64,000 nt of DNA from the IMG/VR virus record IMGVR_UViG_3300027741_000001, one strand, 5' to 3'. This document shows, one piece after another, positions 24,324 to 34,649 of this stretch. The DNA is from a virus. The translations under genes were made by a program, and so were the position numbers. Under the pieces are notes generated by a model. The model did not search any database and was not told the origin of the DNA. It saw nothing but the letters and a program-made list of their open reading frames with translations. Numbering within the stretch: position 1 is the stretch's first letter; each line of letters starts with the position of its first letter.

Positions 24324-24771
24324 TCTTGAGTTTTTTCTAGCCTAGCATTTCTGTCTGACAAAACTCTAATTCTGCGTTGTTCTTTTAAATCATCATCTAG
24401 TCCCCAAATAGTAGGGGGCCAAGTTTTAGGAGGTTCAGGTGGATCGATTATAAACCTTCCAACAGAATTTCTAAGCGGTTCACTAATGCTCATTGGGTTC
24501 CTTTACTTTTTTCCTTGCAATTGCATTCTCCCCAACATTCTTGAGTTTTCTCCAATTCGGCGTTTCTCTCTAATAAATTTTGTATTTTATATCGTTCTCT
24601 TAAGGAATCGTTATGTTGAAAAATTACATCTAATGTTTCATCATCCATGCTTAAGGTGTAAGGCAGCGGTAGTCCTAATTCTGGGTCGGAAGGATATATA
24701 AACCTTCCAACAGAATCTCTAATCGGTTCACCATTTGCTTTTTTCAAAGGTTCATTGTTCTTTGGATTCAT
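24287..24771 (-). CDS. Two tandem paralogous small genes (24287..24493, 24490..24771)
   Basis: EPLRNSVGRFI / EPIRDSVGRFI and RNA.LEKTQECW..CNCK shared. Confidence 0.7.
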
Positions 24772-24905
24772 CTACTTCTTCTTCTTCTTCTTCTTTCTTG
24801 CTGGGATGACATTTGGTGCAATCACAATACCAAATCTTGTCGTAATATTTAATTTCTGTTTTGCAGTTTTCGTGATGACCCGTGGCACAAAAACCGCACA
24901 TTGGT

Positions 24906-25388
24906 CTACTCGGGTTCTTCGCCCTCATTAAAATCCTCTGGTGTCGGGGGTTCTGGATATTCTTCTAGGTAGGATACAAATGCTTCGTAAAGCATATCCG
25001 GAGTTAATTCTGGAGTATCTTCGTCAATTTCTTCTTCGTACTCTTCCATAGCTGTTCGTTCGAACTCTAGATCATCTTCAAACTCTTTCTCTTCTCTAGA
25101 AAGTTCATTGTAGTAGTCATCTTCTTCGGCTTGACGATTTGACTCTTCTTGACTTTTTTCCATCCACTGATCAATAACTTTAATTAGCTCGCCCATTGTT
25201 AAATATTTTATAACCCCATTCCAATCTTCAGAGTTGCGTAAAGCTAGTCTAAGCAAGTCCACTGACATTTTCAATCGTTGCATATCAGCTGGCATACTTA
25301 ACACTCTCAAAACTTTAAGTCCGGGGAGTTCGTGCATTGGCATAACTTCCAATTCGATATCGGAAATCTCTAAAACTATATATTCCAT
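24906..25388 (-). CDS. Very acidic hypothetical protein
   Basis: ORF track; E/D-rich C-terminus. Confidence 0.65.
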   Translation of the reverse strand: MEYIVLEISDIELEVMPMHELPGLKVLRVLSMPADMQRLKMSVDLLRLALRNSEDWNGVIKYLTMGELIKVIDQWMEKSQEESNRQAEEDDYYNELSREEKEFEDDLEFERTAMEEYEEEIDEDTPELTPDMLYEAFVSYLEEYPEPPTPEDFNEGEEPE

Positions 25389-25873
25389 TACAGACCTTTC
25401 GAAACAAGAGGGGTGATTTTAAGTTTTGGATCATTGGAGAAGGTTATACCCCAACCCTCGCATTGAGGGCAGTCTTCCGTATTCACCCTATGAACTATTC
25501 CGGTGCCTGTGCATTTAGGGCAAGTGATAAGTATCTCACCATTTAGATTTTCATATTCATAAACGCTTTCCAGCTCTATATCAGAAATCTCTAATTCAAC
25601 TATTTTTTCCATAATTTTCTGGATAACTTCATTGGCATTGAACTCGCTAATGGTATTCATGTATTGCTCAATCCAGACTTTAACAATTGTGCCTTTGGCA
25701 CTAATTGAATAAGTTGCTCTGCCAGTAACATCTTCTCTAACGCCGATGCTTTTGTAGATTACATCTCGAGCGATCTGAACTGCTTCATCTAGGTATTTAA
25801 CTTCTAAGTATTGACCTTGCTTTGTGTATCTGAACTCGGCGTAGGTCTGAACTATTGGTCTATCTATTGTCAT
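25388..25873 (-). CDS. Hypothetical protein with DnaJ-type Zn finger
   Basis: CPKCTGTG...CPQCEGWG. Confidence 0.7.
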   Translation of the reverse strand: MTIDRPIVQTYAEFRYTKQGQYLEVKYLDEAVQIARDVIYKSIGVREDVTGRATYSISAKGTIVKVWIEQYMNTISEFNANEVIQKIMEKIVELEISDIELESVYEYENLNGEILITCPKCTGTGIVHRVNTEDCPQCEGWGITFSNDPKLKITPLVSKGL

Positions 25874-25897
25874 TATGTATTTATCCTATCGGTTATC

Positions 25898-26347
25898 TTA
25901 TCGGCAGTCAACACAAAGAAATGCGTTGTACCCGTGTTTACCATTTTGAGAGATCGCTACTGGACTAATTGGCTTTTCCACATCACATCTATCGCATTTA
26001 GGATCAATCAGCCACTTAATCTCTACTCCAAGAGATTTTGCCTTAGACATAGATTTACTCAAAGCGTGTGAAGTTCCTGATCCATTAGTTTTTCTCAAAA
26101 ACAGTCTTGTATCAGATACTTCCAAAACTAGACGAATCTGCTTACAATCGCAAGCCATCCTGGTTGGGTTACAAGCTACAACATCAGCATAAGTTGAATG
26201 TCTTGTATTTGGGTGTCCGCAGATACAGATCCGTCCATCACGTTCTCTAGTTCGAATAACTTCTTCTTCTGCAACTTGTAAAGCTTCTTCTTCCGAGAAA
26301 TCGAAAAAGCTCATTGCATCCTTATTTTCTTCCAATTTTATCTCCAA
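25898..26347 (-). CDS. Cys/His-rich Zn-binding protein
   Basis: CICGHPNTRH...C...CDC; CDRC...CVDC. Confidence 0.7.
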   Translation of the reverse strand: MEIKLEENKDAMSFFDFSEEEALQVAEEEVIRTRERDGRICICGHPNTRHSTYADVVACNPTRMACDCKQIRLVLEVSDTRLFLRKTNGSGTSHALSKSMSKAKSLGVEIKWLIDPKCDRCDVEKPISPVAISQNGKHGYNAFLCVDCR

Positions 26348-26507
26348 TCGATAATTAAAAATGATACCTTACGAAACAACTATAACACAACTAAAAACCC
26401 ATTTATTGGTTTATTTCAACCTTTTTTTACTACGCGTATAGAGAAAAAATTCCGCATTAAGGGAAAATATAGTTGCAATAAACCATAAAGTGTATATTGG
26501 ATTAGTT

Positions 26508-26612
26508 ATACTATCAACTTTTTTACAAAAACTTTTGTTTTTTCCGATAGTATCTCTACCATAGATACTATTCACTTTTTGCAATAACTTTTCAAAATAT
26601 CTGATAGTATCT
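26508..26612. repeat. Two tandem about 50-bp elements bounded by inverted (AG)ATACTAT / ATAGTATCT arms
   Basis: Copies at 26508-26555 and 26563-26612; third copy at 59142-59191. Confidence 0.75.
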
Positions 26613-27132
26613 TTTATAGTTGTACACAAGATCCCTCGAAAGGACCCCCCGATGAGTTGTCGTGAAACACCAGATTTTGACGAATCCGAGGTCCTTATGT
26701 ACAAAAAATTACACAAAAAAGCTTCTGGAAACCCTTGGATATTCTCCACGTTTAAGGGTGACGAATATCCTCCAGACATCATTCTTTCGATAGTTTTAAG
26801 TGCGGCAGCTTGGCCGGTAATGATCTGGTATTGGACAAAATCATATCTTTGGCCTATTTTCTCAATTCTTCTATCTACGGCACTTTTGGCAATTTGCTTC
26901 AATTTAGGCTCTTTCTATCTTTATGTCTTAATTGGCTATTTCAGCGCATTATTCGGAATTACAAGCTGGCTCCTAATTGGCTTTGCTCACGGAACTACCC
27001 CAAAACACAGAGAAATGACCATAAAAGAGTGGTCAGACCATATTACTAAAGATTTAGATTAAAAGGTCATAAACCCGATTCTGCGGTAAAATAGATTCGG
27101 GAGAGATACACCTCTATAGAGAGATATCTCAT

Positions 27133-30018
27133 ATGAAACGCAACAAATCAAAAAAAGTGCCACAAATCATTATTGTGACACTTCTTTCGGGATTACCGAT
27201 CTGCTATGCAGAATCAGCTTTAGCTACTTCTTCTTTCGGTTTATTAGAACAGAAGCAATCGAGCTCACAACAATCAGTGAAACCCAACCAACTACTAAAC
27301 CAACCCAAAAACTATCTAAATTCACGGTTACAATCATCTCTAACTCCTTCAGTTGAGGATCTTAATACTCTAAAGTCTACACTAGCTGACTACAACACGC
27401 AACTTGACACACTAATCAGCAAACAGCCTACAAACGACTCCCCAGAACTTCAAACAGCCATTAAAAAAGCTCAAACAGCTATCCAGACTCTAAAAACTGA
27501 CGTTTCTGACCTTGAATTGGCCTTAACTACCTATAACAATGCCAAAACTGCTCTTACCTATGCTCTAAAAGCACAAACTCTTGCGGACAAAGACGCACAG
27601 GATAAGAGAAAGATCCTCAGCTCATCGCAAACTTCCCACGAAGCCACGAAACAACAATTAGAAGTTCAGAAGACCGCCGTAGCTCAAGCTCAAACTCAAG
27701 CCACAGAAGCAGATGCAAGTGCGCTCCAGGCACAGGAACTTCTAATGAAGACGACGGAAGCACTGACGCAGCAGAAAGCCATCACAGCTCAGGCACTACA
27801 AACTTTAAACGAACGTCAAACTGACGCCATCGCAGCATCGTCAACATATACCCAAGCACAACAAACACTTACAAATGCAGAAGAACAGAAAGCACAAGCA
27901 GAAAGAAATCTTTCAGCTGCAACTTCCAACAAAGCACAAGCACAGAAAAACTTAGCTGCAGCTACCGTCCAACTTCAAACGAAGCAATCAGAAGTTAACT
28001 CATCCAGGGAGATCTACAATTCCGCCGTTGCCCACTACAACCAAACTTTAGATGAGTACAACCAAGCTTATGACTGGTATCTATATACACAACAGAACGT
28101 CAACTTAACACGCACTAATCTTCAAGCAGGACAACAAAACCTAGACCAAGCACAGTGGAACTATGACAATAACCTCATCCCAGATCCAACGTGGACACCA
28201 GCAACTTACCAACAAGAGCACACCAGGCAAGTTCCAACGACCACTCTTGTTCCAGTAACAACTACCACCCTTACTGGTGGACTAACCGCTGATTCATTCA
28301 ACAGGCAGAATTACTCATCCCGCCCTCCTCTTCCAACTTCTAACGAAACTCCTATTGCAACTCTTAACGTTCCAAATATTAACTACCAATGGGGCGGAGG
28401 TAGTGTTCTAAACTCAGGTAGGTATGACCGAGTCCTCGTTCGCTTCACCGGCCAGCTCTCGGCCCCGGTCACCGGCGACTACCAGTTCTACGCCCCCGCG
28501 GACGACGGCGTCATGCTCTACCTCAACGGTCAGCTTCTGGTCAACGACTGGCGCGACAAGGGCGGCGGCGGGTCCACCTCGGTCCCCGTCCACCTCGAGG
28601 CCGACACCCCCCAACAGCTGACCCTCTACTTCTACGAGAACGGCGGCGGGGCAAACGTCTGGCTTTACTACGCAACTCCAACCACAGGCTTCCAGATTGT
28701 TCCAGCAGCCTACTTAGGCACAACTGCTACCACTACAACCACCTACGTCGAACAAACCACATACATCACCGAAACCTATTACACAACTGAAGTAATTCCT
28801 AACCAAATAGCCCCACTTATTCACGACCCCGCTCTACTTCCTGACCTAAAGAACGCACAGATCTACTACGACGCAACTGTTCTATCAAACCAGCAAGCAG
28901 AAGAAGACTGGCAGTTAGCACAAGCAGATCAACAACAAGCAGCTCAGAACTCTACAACTGCTTACAACCAAGTTATAGATACTGCCACCACTCTGAACGC
29001 CCTTTCTTCAGATCTGGACGTCGAACAAAACGCATTCAACCAAGCCCAGGCAACTTCTAACGAAGCAGATTCAAATTTCCAGAAAGCACAAAGCGTGCGA
29101 TTAGAATCCCAGCAAAATTTGGCATCAGCTGAACAAACTGCAAACGAAGCAACCCAGTATTTAGCTGGATCTAATGCACAATTACAGGCAGCTCAACTTG
29201 CTTATAACATAGAAGAACAAAAAAACCAAGAGACTAAAACTTCCAACGAACAAGCAAAGACATCATTGGAAGCAGCATCCTCAGCTCAATCTCAAGCCCA
29301 AGCAAATCTAGAAACACAAACAAGCTTGCTAAGCTCTGCAACTTCTAACGAAGCTCAAGCTCAAGTTGACGCAGATCTAGCTGCAGCAAACTCAACCCAA
29401 GCTGACACCACATCAAACGAAGCATCAAGTACAGCACAGCAAGCTCAGATCACCACCGACAACTCATCAACCTCATTCCAGTCTTCATTGGAAGTTGCCC
29501 AGGCTACCATTCTCACAATCCCAAACCTCATCAAAGAAGCCACCGACATCTTCAGCACACCACAGGGCTCAGCAGATATTCCAACAAATCTAGATGCAAG
29601 CAACTTACAGGACATTGATTTAGCTCAAATTGACCCAACAGAACTTAGCCCAGAACAAGCCACACTACTTGTAGCAGCTGCTCTAGAAACCTTCAATACA
29701 GCCACAGAAGGCTCTCCAGAGTACAATCAAGCCCTAGACGCCCTTTACCTAGCTGCACAGCAAGATGACATTGTTGTTGACGAGTCCCTAGCCAATATCC
29801 CGGGTGTTGGACAGGCTGCAGTAGCCATTGCTAACGTTTTGAACTTAGTTGGCAACGTTGGAGCCGATATTTCACCTAAAGCCCGTAAAAAAGCTCAAAA
29901 CCTTGTTGTAACCACCCTTGTTGTTGGACAAATTGCCCAAGCAGCAGCTCTAGCTACCGCCAGTTCAGGCGGTTCATCTAACAAAACAAACAGAATAAAC
30001 AGGAAGACAGGAAAGTAA
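27133..30018 (+). CDS. Large secreted Ala/Gln coiled-coil protein with central PA14 domain
   Basis: N-terminal hydrophobic segment; INYQWGGG...VRFTG.L..P..G.Y.F....DDGVMLYLNGQLLVNDW...YENGGGA PA14 signature. Confidence 0.85.
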   Translation: MKRNKSKKVPQIIIVTLLSGLPICYAESALATSSFGLLEQKQSSSQQSVKPNQLLNQPKNYLNSRLQSSLTPSVEDLNTLKSTLADYNTQLDTLISKQPTNDSPELQTAIKKAQTAIQTLKTDVSDLELALTTYNNAKTALTYALKAQTLADKDAQDKRKILSSSQTSHEATKQQLEVQKTAVAQAQTQATEADASALQAQELLMKTTEALTQQKAITAQALQTLNERQTDAIAASSTYTQAQQTLTNAEEQKAQAERNLSAATSNKAQAQKNLAAATVQLQTKQSEVNSSREIYNSAVAHYNQTLDEYNQAYDWYLYTQQNVNLTRTNLQAGQQNLDQAQWNYDNNLIPDPTWTPATYQQEHTRQVPTTTLVPVTTTTLTGGLTADSFNRQNYSSRPPLPTSNETPIATLNVPNINYQWGGGSVLNSGRYDRVLVRFTGQLSAPVTGDYQFYAPADDGVMLYLNGQLLVNDWRDKGGGGSTSVPVHLEADTPQQLTLYFYENGGGANVWLYYATPTTGFQIVPAAYLGTTATTTTTYVEQTTYITETYYTTEVIPNQIAPLIHDPALLPDLKNAQIYYDATVLSNQQAEEDWQLAQADQQQAAQNSTTAYNQVIDTATTLNALSSDLDVEQNAFNQAQATSNEADSNFQKAQSVRLESQQNLASAEQTANEATQYLAGSNAQLQAAQLAYNIEEQKNQETKTSNEQAKTSLEAASSAQSQAQANLETQTSLLSSATSNEAQAQVDADLAAANSTQADTTSNEASSTAQQAQITTDNSSTSFQSSLEVAQATILTIPNLIKEATDIFSTPQGSADIPTNLDASNLQDIDLAQIDPTELSPEQATLLVAAALETFNTATEGSPEYNQALDALYLAAQQDDIVVDESLANIPGVGQAAVAIANVLNLVGNVGADISPKARKKAQNLVVTTLVVGQIAQAAALATASSGGSSNKTNRINRKTGK

Positions 30019-30218
30019 TGAAAAAACTAGGAAAGTTCCTATCAGACCTACTAAAAGACCTACTTGACCAAGCTTGGACCCTACTAGGTTTAGCTTTAGG
30101 TTGGGTACTTCTAGAAGGCTCAGCAAGAGATATCGTAGGAAAACTAATTGGAGTCACACTTCTAATCTGGGTACTCACATTCCCTATTAGACGTGAAAAA
30201 GACGAGGATGACGAGTAA
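30018..30218 (+). CDS. Two-TM membrane protein (holin-like)
   Basis: Two TM segments, charged tail, near M23 lysin. Confidence 0.55.
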   Translation: MKKLGKFLSDLLKDLLDQAWTLLGLALGWVLLEGSARDIVGKLIGVTLLIWVLTFPIRREKDEDDE

Positions 30219-30418
30219 TGTTTGCTTATTTAAAGCACTACTACTTTATAAAACACAAAGATGTCTCTCTGCTTGCATTAGAAGCTTGGAGAGAGTACAT
30301 CAAAGGTAAACCACGTATCTACAATATGGATATTTGTCACAATTTTCAAAAAGGGTTTATTAACACTTACCGTCACAATTATGCTAAGGCTCAACTAGCC
30401 TTAAATAAAGCGTTGTAA
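30218..30418 (+). CDS. Hypothetical protein
   Basis: TAATG coupling with upstream gene. Confidence 0.5.
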   Translation: MFAYLKHYYFIKHKDVSLLALEAWREYIKGKPRIYNMDICHNFQKGFINTYRHNYAKAQLALNKAL

Positions 30419-30459
30419 AATTAACTGTAACACCCAATCACTATTAAGGAGACAAAATT

Positions 30460-30993
30460 ATGGCCGTTGAAGTGACATACTTCGAACCATTTGATCCAAA
30501 GCTTCGCGGAGACGAGCTTGGAAACTTAGCACCATATCGTAACGGACGTCCACATCGTGGACAGGACTGGCATCCAAAGGAGAAGAGCCCAATCAAGGCT
30601 ATCTGCGATGGCACAGTTGGTCTTGTTGCTTGGACCGATGTACTAGGACACATCCTTGTTCACTCTTCAGCAGATGGCAAGCACTGGGTTCTATACGCAC
30701 ACCTCGCAGTAGCACCTACCCTAAAGAAGGGTGACAAAGTTGTTGGCGGTCAAACCGTTCTAGGTCTAGTTGGTGGCGGTAAGAACACACCAAGCGGATC
30801 CGCAAGTACCGGGGCCCACCTTCACATGACTGTTGCCACAATGGGAAAGAACTTTGCAGGAGTTGAAGCACACTTGCTTCCATTCGAGCGTCTAGTTGAC
30901 CCACTAAAGCTTTTCACAGCAGCTCCTAAGAAGTCTGTTGCAGCAAAGGTTGTATCCGCCGTCAAGAAGGTAGTTCCTACCAAGAAGGCGTAA
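30460..30993 (+). CDS. M23 family peptidase (endolysin candidate)
   Basis: HRGQD, YAHL, STGAHLH Zn motifs. Confidence 0.9.
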   Translation: MAVEVTYFEPFDPKLRGDELGNLAPYRNGRPHRGQDWHPKEKSPIKAICDGTVGLVAWTDVLGHILVHSSADGKHWVLYAHLAVAPTLKKGDKVVGGQTVLGLVGGGKNTPSGSASTGAHLHMTVATMGKNFAGVEAHLLPFERLVDPLKLFTAAPKKSVAAKVVSAVKKVVPTKKA

Positions 30994-31049
30994 TAAGCTA
31001 GCCCGGAGATAAAGGTGTAATTAAAACACGTAATAAACCTGACCGGTAG

Positions 31050-31088
31050 AAAGAAGCCCCCACCTGACGAGGATGGGGGTTTTCTTTT
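31050..31088. terminator. Intrinsic terminator between convergent units
   Basis: GCCCCCA...TGGGGGT stem with T-tract. Confidence 0.7.
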
Positions 31089-31282
31089 ACTTCTTTTTTA
31101 ATTTACTAATTAATTTTCTTATTGGCCACAGAAGAATCCAAAAGCATTTAAATATTGTATGTAGTACCCAAATAAATAAAACTAACGAAGTTAACATAAA
31201 TAAAGTTAGTGGGAACTGACTTCTTTTAGGAAGTTTAGATCTTGTTTTTACAGTAGCTCTATAGCTAAACGGTTGATTCCTA

Positions 31283-31768
31283 CTATTTCTCGGCATGAGT
31301 CACCCAGTAGTAATTACAACCCTCACAACAGGGTTTATTATCTGGATCACTTACAGAATCAAAGAACTGAAAGTAGTACACAGGATCTTTCTTATAAAGA
31401 TTTGCCTTGTGTGTAGCCAAAACTCTATGGCTTTTATCAGAGTCATGGAACCAGTTAGGTAGTCCATTACCCCAATTATCATAATTTGCTAAGAACAAAT
31501 TCTTGATATTGATTACGTTATTTATAGTTTTTATGCCACGTTTGTCAGCTTCTTTAACGCAACACATAATGTAAGCCAACAATGATTTTTCGTGCCCACG
31601 CCACATCTTTACTGCAGGGTGATTACGCCATCCGGCTTTAGGGTCGTCACTCGATAGAACTTTAAGAATCTGATAACCCTCTAGAATCTGCTTGTTCAAT
31701 CGCTTATTGTCTAGCACTTGCGCGGACTGATCAAAGTCCTTATATGGTAGAAATGTTTGCATACTCAA
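31283..31768 (-). CDS. MSMEG_6728-family / pyrimidine-dimer glycosylase (DenV-like) protein
   Basis: MQTFLPY..F..SA..LD.KRL.KQ..E..QIL...GWRNHPAVKMWRG. Confidence 0.85.
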   Translation of the reverse strand: MSMQTFLPYKDFDQSAQVLDNKRLNKQILEGYQILKVLSSDDPKAGWRNHPAVKMWRGHEKSLLAYIMCCVKEADKRGIKTINNVINIKNLFLANYDNWGNGLPNWFHDSDKSHRVLATHKANLYKKDPVYYFQFFDSVSDPDNKPCCEGCNYYWVTHAEK

Positions 31769-31807
31769 ACCATACTGACGTTTAGCATATCTGTCAAGAT
31801 ATATTTA

Positions 31808-33001
31808 CTATTTTCTGCCTAATTTAATTACATTACTGTAAGTGACATATCCAAAAGGATCTATTACAATTGATCCCTCAGGGTAGCCATCAGCATACCT
31901 TTCATGGGCAGTAGCAACAAAATAGACTCCAACCCCTTCAATTTCAGTGACATGCTTATGAGGGTAATCAATTAGATTAGATACTAAAATAGCCGGACTT
32001 CCAGTTTCAATATTTGTTTCAGGTTTAAATGCCTTACCTAGAATGTAAAGATCTAAACCATTCTCTTCAGCTACAGACGCAGCAAACTCTCCATGCCACT
32101 TCTCATAATCTTCTCTAGATTTCATAAGATCTTCAAATATGTTGTGGCTTAGCCCAACACTTTCAGCTAACCAGCTTAGAGCAATATTATCTCTAGGGTG
32201 ACAACCACCACCATCACTCATACCAGCCCTCATATATTTAGGAGAGATAAGTCTTTTAGTTGAGACAGACCATGCTTTAAAAATGTCATCAAAGTTCATA
32301 CCAATCTTATGAGCAAGCTCTCCCCAAGTATTTGCGATAACAGTCTTTGCAGTAATCCAGGTATTGTATGAAACTTTAATACCTTCTGCAGTTGTTATAT
32401 CAGTAACAATATGAGGCTTTTCAAACAGAGTCTCATAGAACTCTTGAAGTTTAGAGCTAGCACGATCACTTTCTACCCCAATTAGAGCAAATTCTGGATC
32501 TAGATAGTCTTCAATGGCAGTACCCATAGCAATAAACTGCGGAGTATAAACATACTCAATGTAATCATTCAATAGAGGCTTTATTCTATTTTCGTACGTT
32601 GTAGGTAGGCAAGTGGAGATAACTGCAACAATTGTTTTCTTTTTTCCCTCTTTAGCAATCCTAGCAATACTTTCAATGCCATCTATTAGGTATGAATAGT
32701 CAAAGTCCTTCCTAAGTTCCGGAAGAGAGGTAGAGCCTTCATACTGAGGGTCGTGAGGAGTTTGGATCGGAACAAAGATAATGTCTGATCTGGCTACTAT
32801 GTACTCAAGACTTTTTAGCTTAAGCTTTGTAGAGTTTAGAAGAGGCTCCATACCTTTTTCAATAAAAGGTGTTGATTTAGTATCTAAATACTTTTGAATA
32901 TCTGGGTTTATATCGTATCCAAAGATCTCATGTCCTTTAGATTCAATAGCCAAAGCTACAGGAAATCCAAGCTTTCCCAGTCCAACAAAACCTATTTTCA
33001 A
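31808..33001 (-). CDS. UDP-glucose/GDP-mannose dehydrogenase family protein
   Basis: GLGKLG Rossmann motif, TAEGIKVSYN, GGGCHPRD catalytic Cys, AFKPET. Confidence 0.9.
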   Translation of the reverse strand: MKIGFVGLGKLGFPVALAIESKGHEIFGYDINPDIQKYLDTKSTPFIEKGMEPLLNSTKLKLKSLEYIVARSDIIFVPIQTPHDPQYEGSTSLPELRKDFDYSYLIDGIESIARIAKEGKKKTIVAVISTCLPTTYENRIKPLLNDYIEYVYTPQFIAMGTAIEDYLDPEFALIGVESDRASSKLQEFYETLFEKPHIVTDITTAEGIKVSYNTWITAKTVIANTWGELAHKIGMNFDDIFKAWSVSTKRLISPKYMRAGMSDGGGCHPRDNIALSWLAESVGLSHNIFEDLMKSREDYEKWHGEFAASVAEENGLDLYILGKAFKPETNIETGSPAILVSNLIDYPHKHVTEIEGVGVYFVATAHERYADGYPEGSIVIDPFGYVTYSNVIKLGRK

Positions 33002-33002
33002 C

Positions 33003-33692
33003 TTACTCTCCTACGTTCTTTAGCATTTTTTCTTTTAGTTTTTCAGCGTCATTAAGCCGCTTTTTTTGCATTTCCAAGCTACTGTACAAAGACGCAACTC
33101 CACCATTCTGATTATGTCTATCCAATCTATCAAGCGTGTTCCTATCAATCACAGCTTTTCCAAATAGGTAGTGCATATGCTCAGTAAGAATGTCGACATG
33201 TATATGACGACCTATCATCTTAGCTACGTCATTTAACCAAGTGTCGTTGTAGTCACTAACAAAATACGGAGGAACAAAGTACCCTACAGCCTCAACCCAA
33301 TCTCTATGAATAAATCCATGAGTACCAAAAACCCCATTAAAATGGCTACCATCATTCCCATATACAAAAGCAATATTGTCAGGGTACTCTTTAAATTTAT
33401 TAGAAACTATAGTGTCCCACCCTTTAGTTCTAAAAATAATGTCATCCCCACAATGCATAAGAATATCTCCAGAAGCTTTTTCATAGCACTTGTTCCACAT
33501 CTCACTTAAAATAATTCTCTCACCAGACACTTTTGTAAAAGGAACTTCTAAGTTATCGTAGCTGTGGTCATCTTCATCAATATAAAGAATCATTTCTATG
33601 TTTGAAACATCATCTGCAGTCTCTAAAACAGATTGCCATAGTCTAAAAACATTTAAAGGTCTTTGTCTAGTTGGCATTAAAATACTGATCAT
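33003..33692 (-). CDS. Glycosyltransferase family 2
   Basis: ISILMPTR.RP, IDEDD, GDD, YNDTWL motifs. Confidence 0.85.
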   Translation of the reverse strand: MISILMPTRQRPLNVFRLWQSVLETADDVSNIEMILYIDEDDHSYDNLEVPFTKVSGERIILSEMWNKCYEKASGDILMHCGDDIIFRTKGWDTIVSNKFKEYPDNIAFVYGNDGSHFNGVFGTHGFIHRDWVEAVGYFVPPYFVSDYNDTWLNDVAKMIGRHIHVDILTEHMHYLFGKAVIDRNTLDRLDRHNQNGGVASLYSSLEMQKKRLNDAEKLKEKMLKNVGE

Positions 33693-34205
33693 TTAGCTCT
33701 CCTTGATTAATCTTTTTTGTTTTGCTAAAAATATTCTTTCGTGGATAGTTCTAACGGAAGAAACTCCTTCAATACTAGCAATTGTCTGAGCTACATTAGA
33801 GATCCCAAACTGCTTTAAAAACAAATATTCCTCAGCTGTTCGTTCTAATACAGTTAAACCAATGCTCATATCTTTCCAATGACCAGCAAGATGCATCATA
33901 GCTAATGCAGTCCTCTTTTTAGAGTCCGGAATGATATTACCTACTACACCATCTCCCCCATAGAACGTCTTGGCAATATAAAGAACGTCTTCCAGTAGAA
34001 ATCCTGCACGTTGACGAGCTTCTATCTCATTATTTCCATAGATCGGGAAGTTCATAACTGCCATAACCTGTAAACTTCCCATGAAGTTACCTGATACCCA
34101 CCACTCACATGCGTATCCGTCACCCTCCTTACGGACGTCGGCGGTAACAACCCGACCATCACTGACCCACATCAGTAGGTTGTCCGTATCAATTGCAGTC
34201 TTCAT
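33693..34205 (-). CDS. Hypothetical protein, possible C-terminal HTH
   Basis: IASIEGVSSVRTIHERI..AKQK.LI. Confidence 0.6.
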   Translation of the reverse strand: MKTAIDTDNLLMWVSDGRVVTADVRKEGDGYACEWWVSGNFMGSLQVMAVMNFPIYGNNEIEARQRAGFLLEDVLYIAKTFYGGDGVVGNIIPDSKKRTALAMMHLAGHWKDMSIGLTVLERTAEEYLFLKQFGISNVAQTIASIEGVSSVRTIHERIFLAKQKRLIKES

Positions 34206-34305
34206 ATAGTAATCTTACCAATACTTTACTTACCCTATAAAAAACCCCCCGGGTCATAACTCTCGAGGGGCTTCCTTTGACAGGCACTATGGTCGATTTA
34301 ATATA

Positions 34306-34632
34306 TTATTCCGTACCCAGATATTCTGCCAAATCTTTTAGAATGCCAGGCTTAGGTCTAGCACCAATAATAGTCTTAACTATTTCCCCGTTGTTGTACA
34401 CCAGTATAGTAGGAATAGAGCTAATACCATAGCGATCCAATAACTCAGGCTCTTCATCTGCATTTACCTTTACAATCTTTAGCTGTTCAGAATATTCTTC
34501 AGCAAGCTGATCAAGGATAGGAGCAACCATCCTACAAGGGCCACACCAAGTAGCCCAGAAATCGACAAGTACCAACCCGCCACCATCAACCACTTCTTGA
34601 TCATATTCATCAGTTTTAATATCCTTAATCAT
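34306..34632 (-). CDS. trxA: Thioredoxin
   Basis: VDFWATWCGPCRMVAP, SIPT. Confidence 0.95.
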   Translation of the reverse strand: MIKDIKTDEYDQEVVDGGGLVLVDFWATWCGPCRMVAPILDQLAEEYSEQLKIVKVNADEEPELLDRYGISSIPTILVYNNGEIVKTIIGARPKPGILKDLAEYLGTE

Positions 34633-34649
34633 TTTGCTGCAACTTTCTT

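Noticed and set aside
26411-27062. ORFs 26411..26902, 26652..27062 and 26810..27049 as genes
   Set aside because: Mutually overlapping, no clear RBS or motifs, and they span the repeat elements; 26652..27062 has a hydrophobic stretch so cannot be fully excluded
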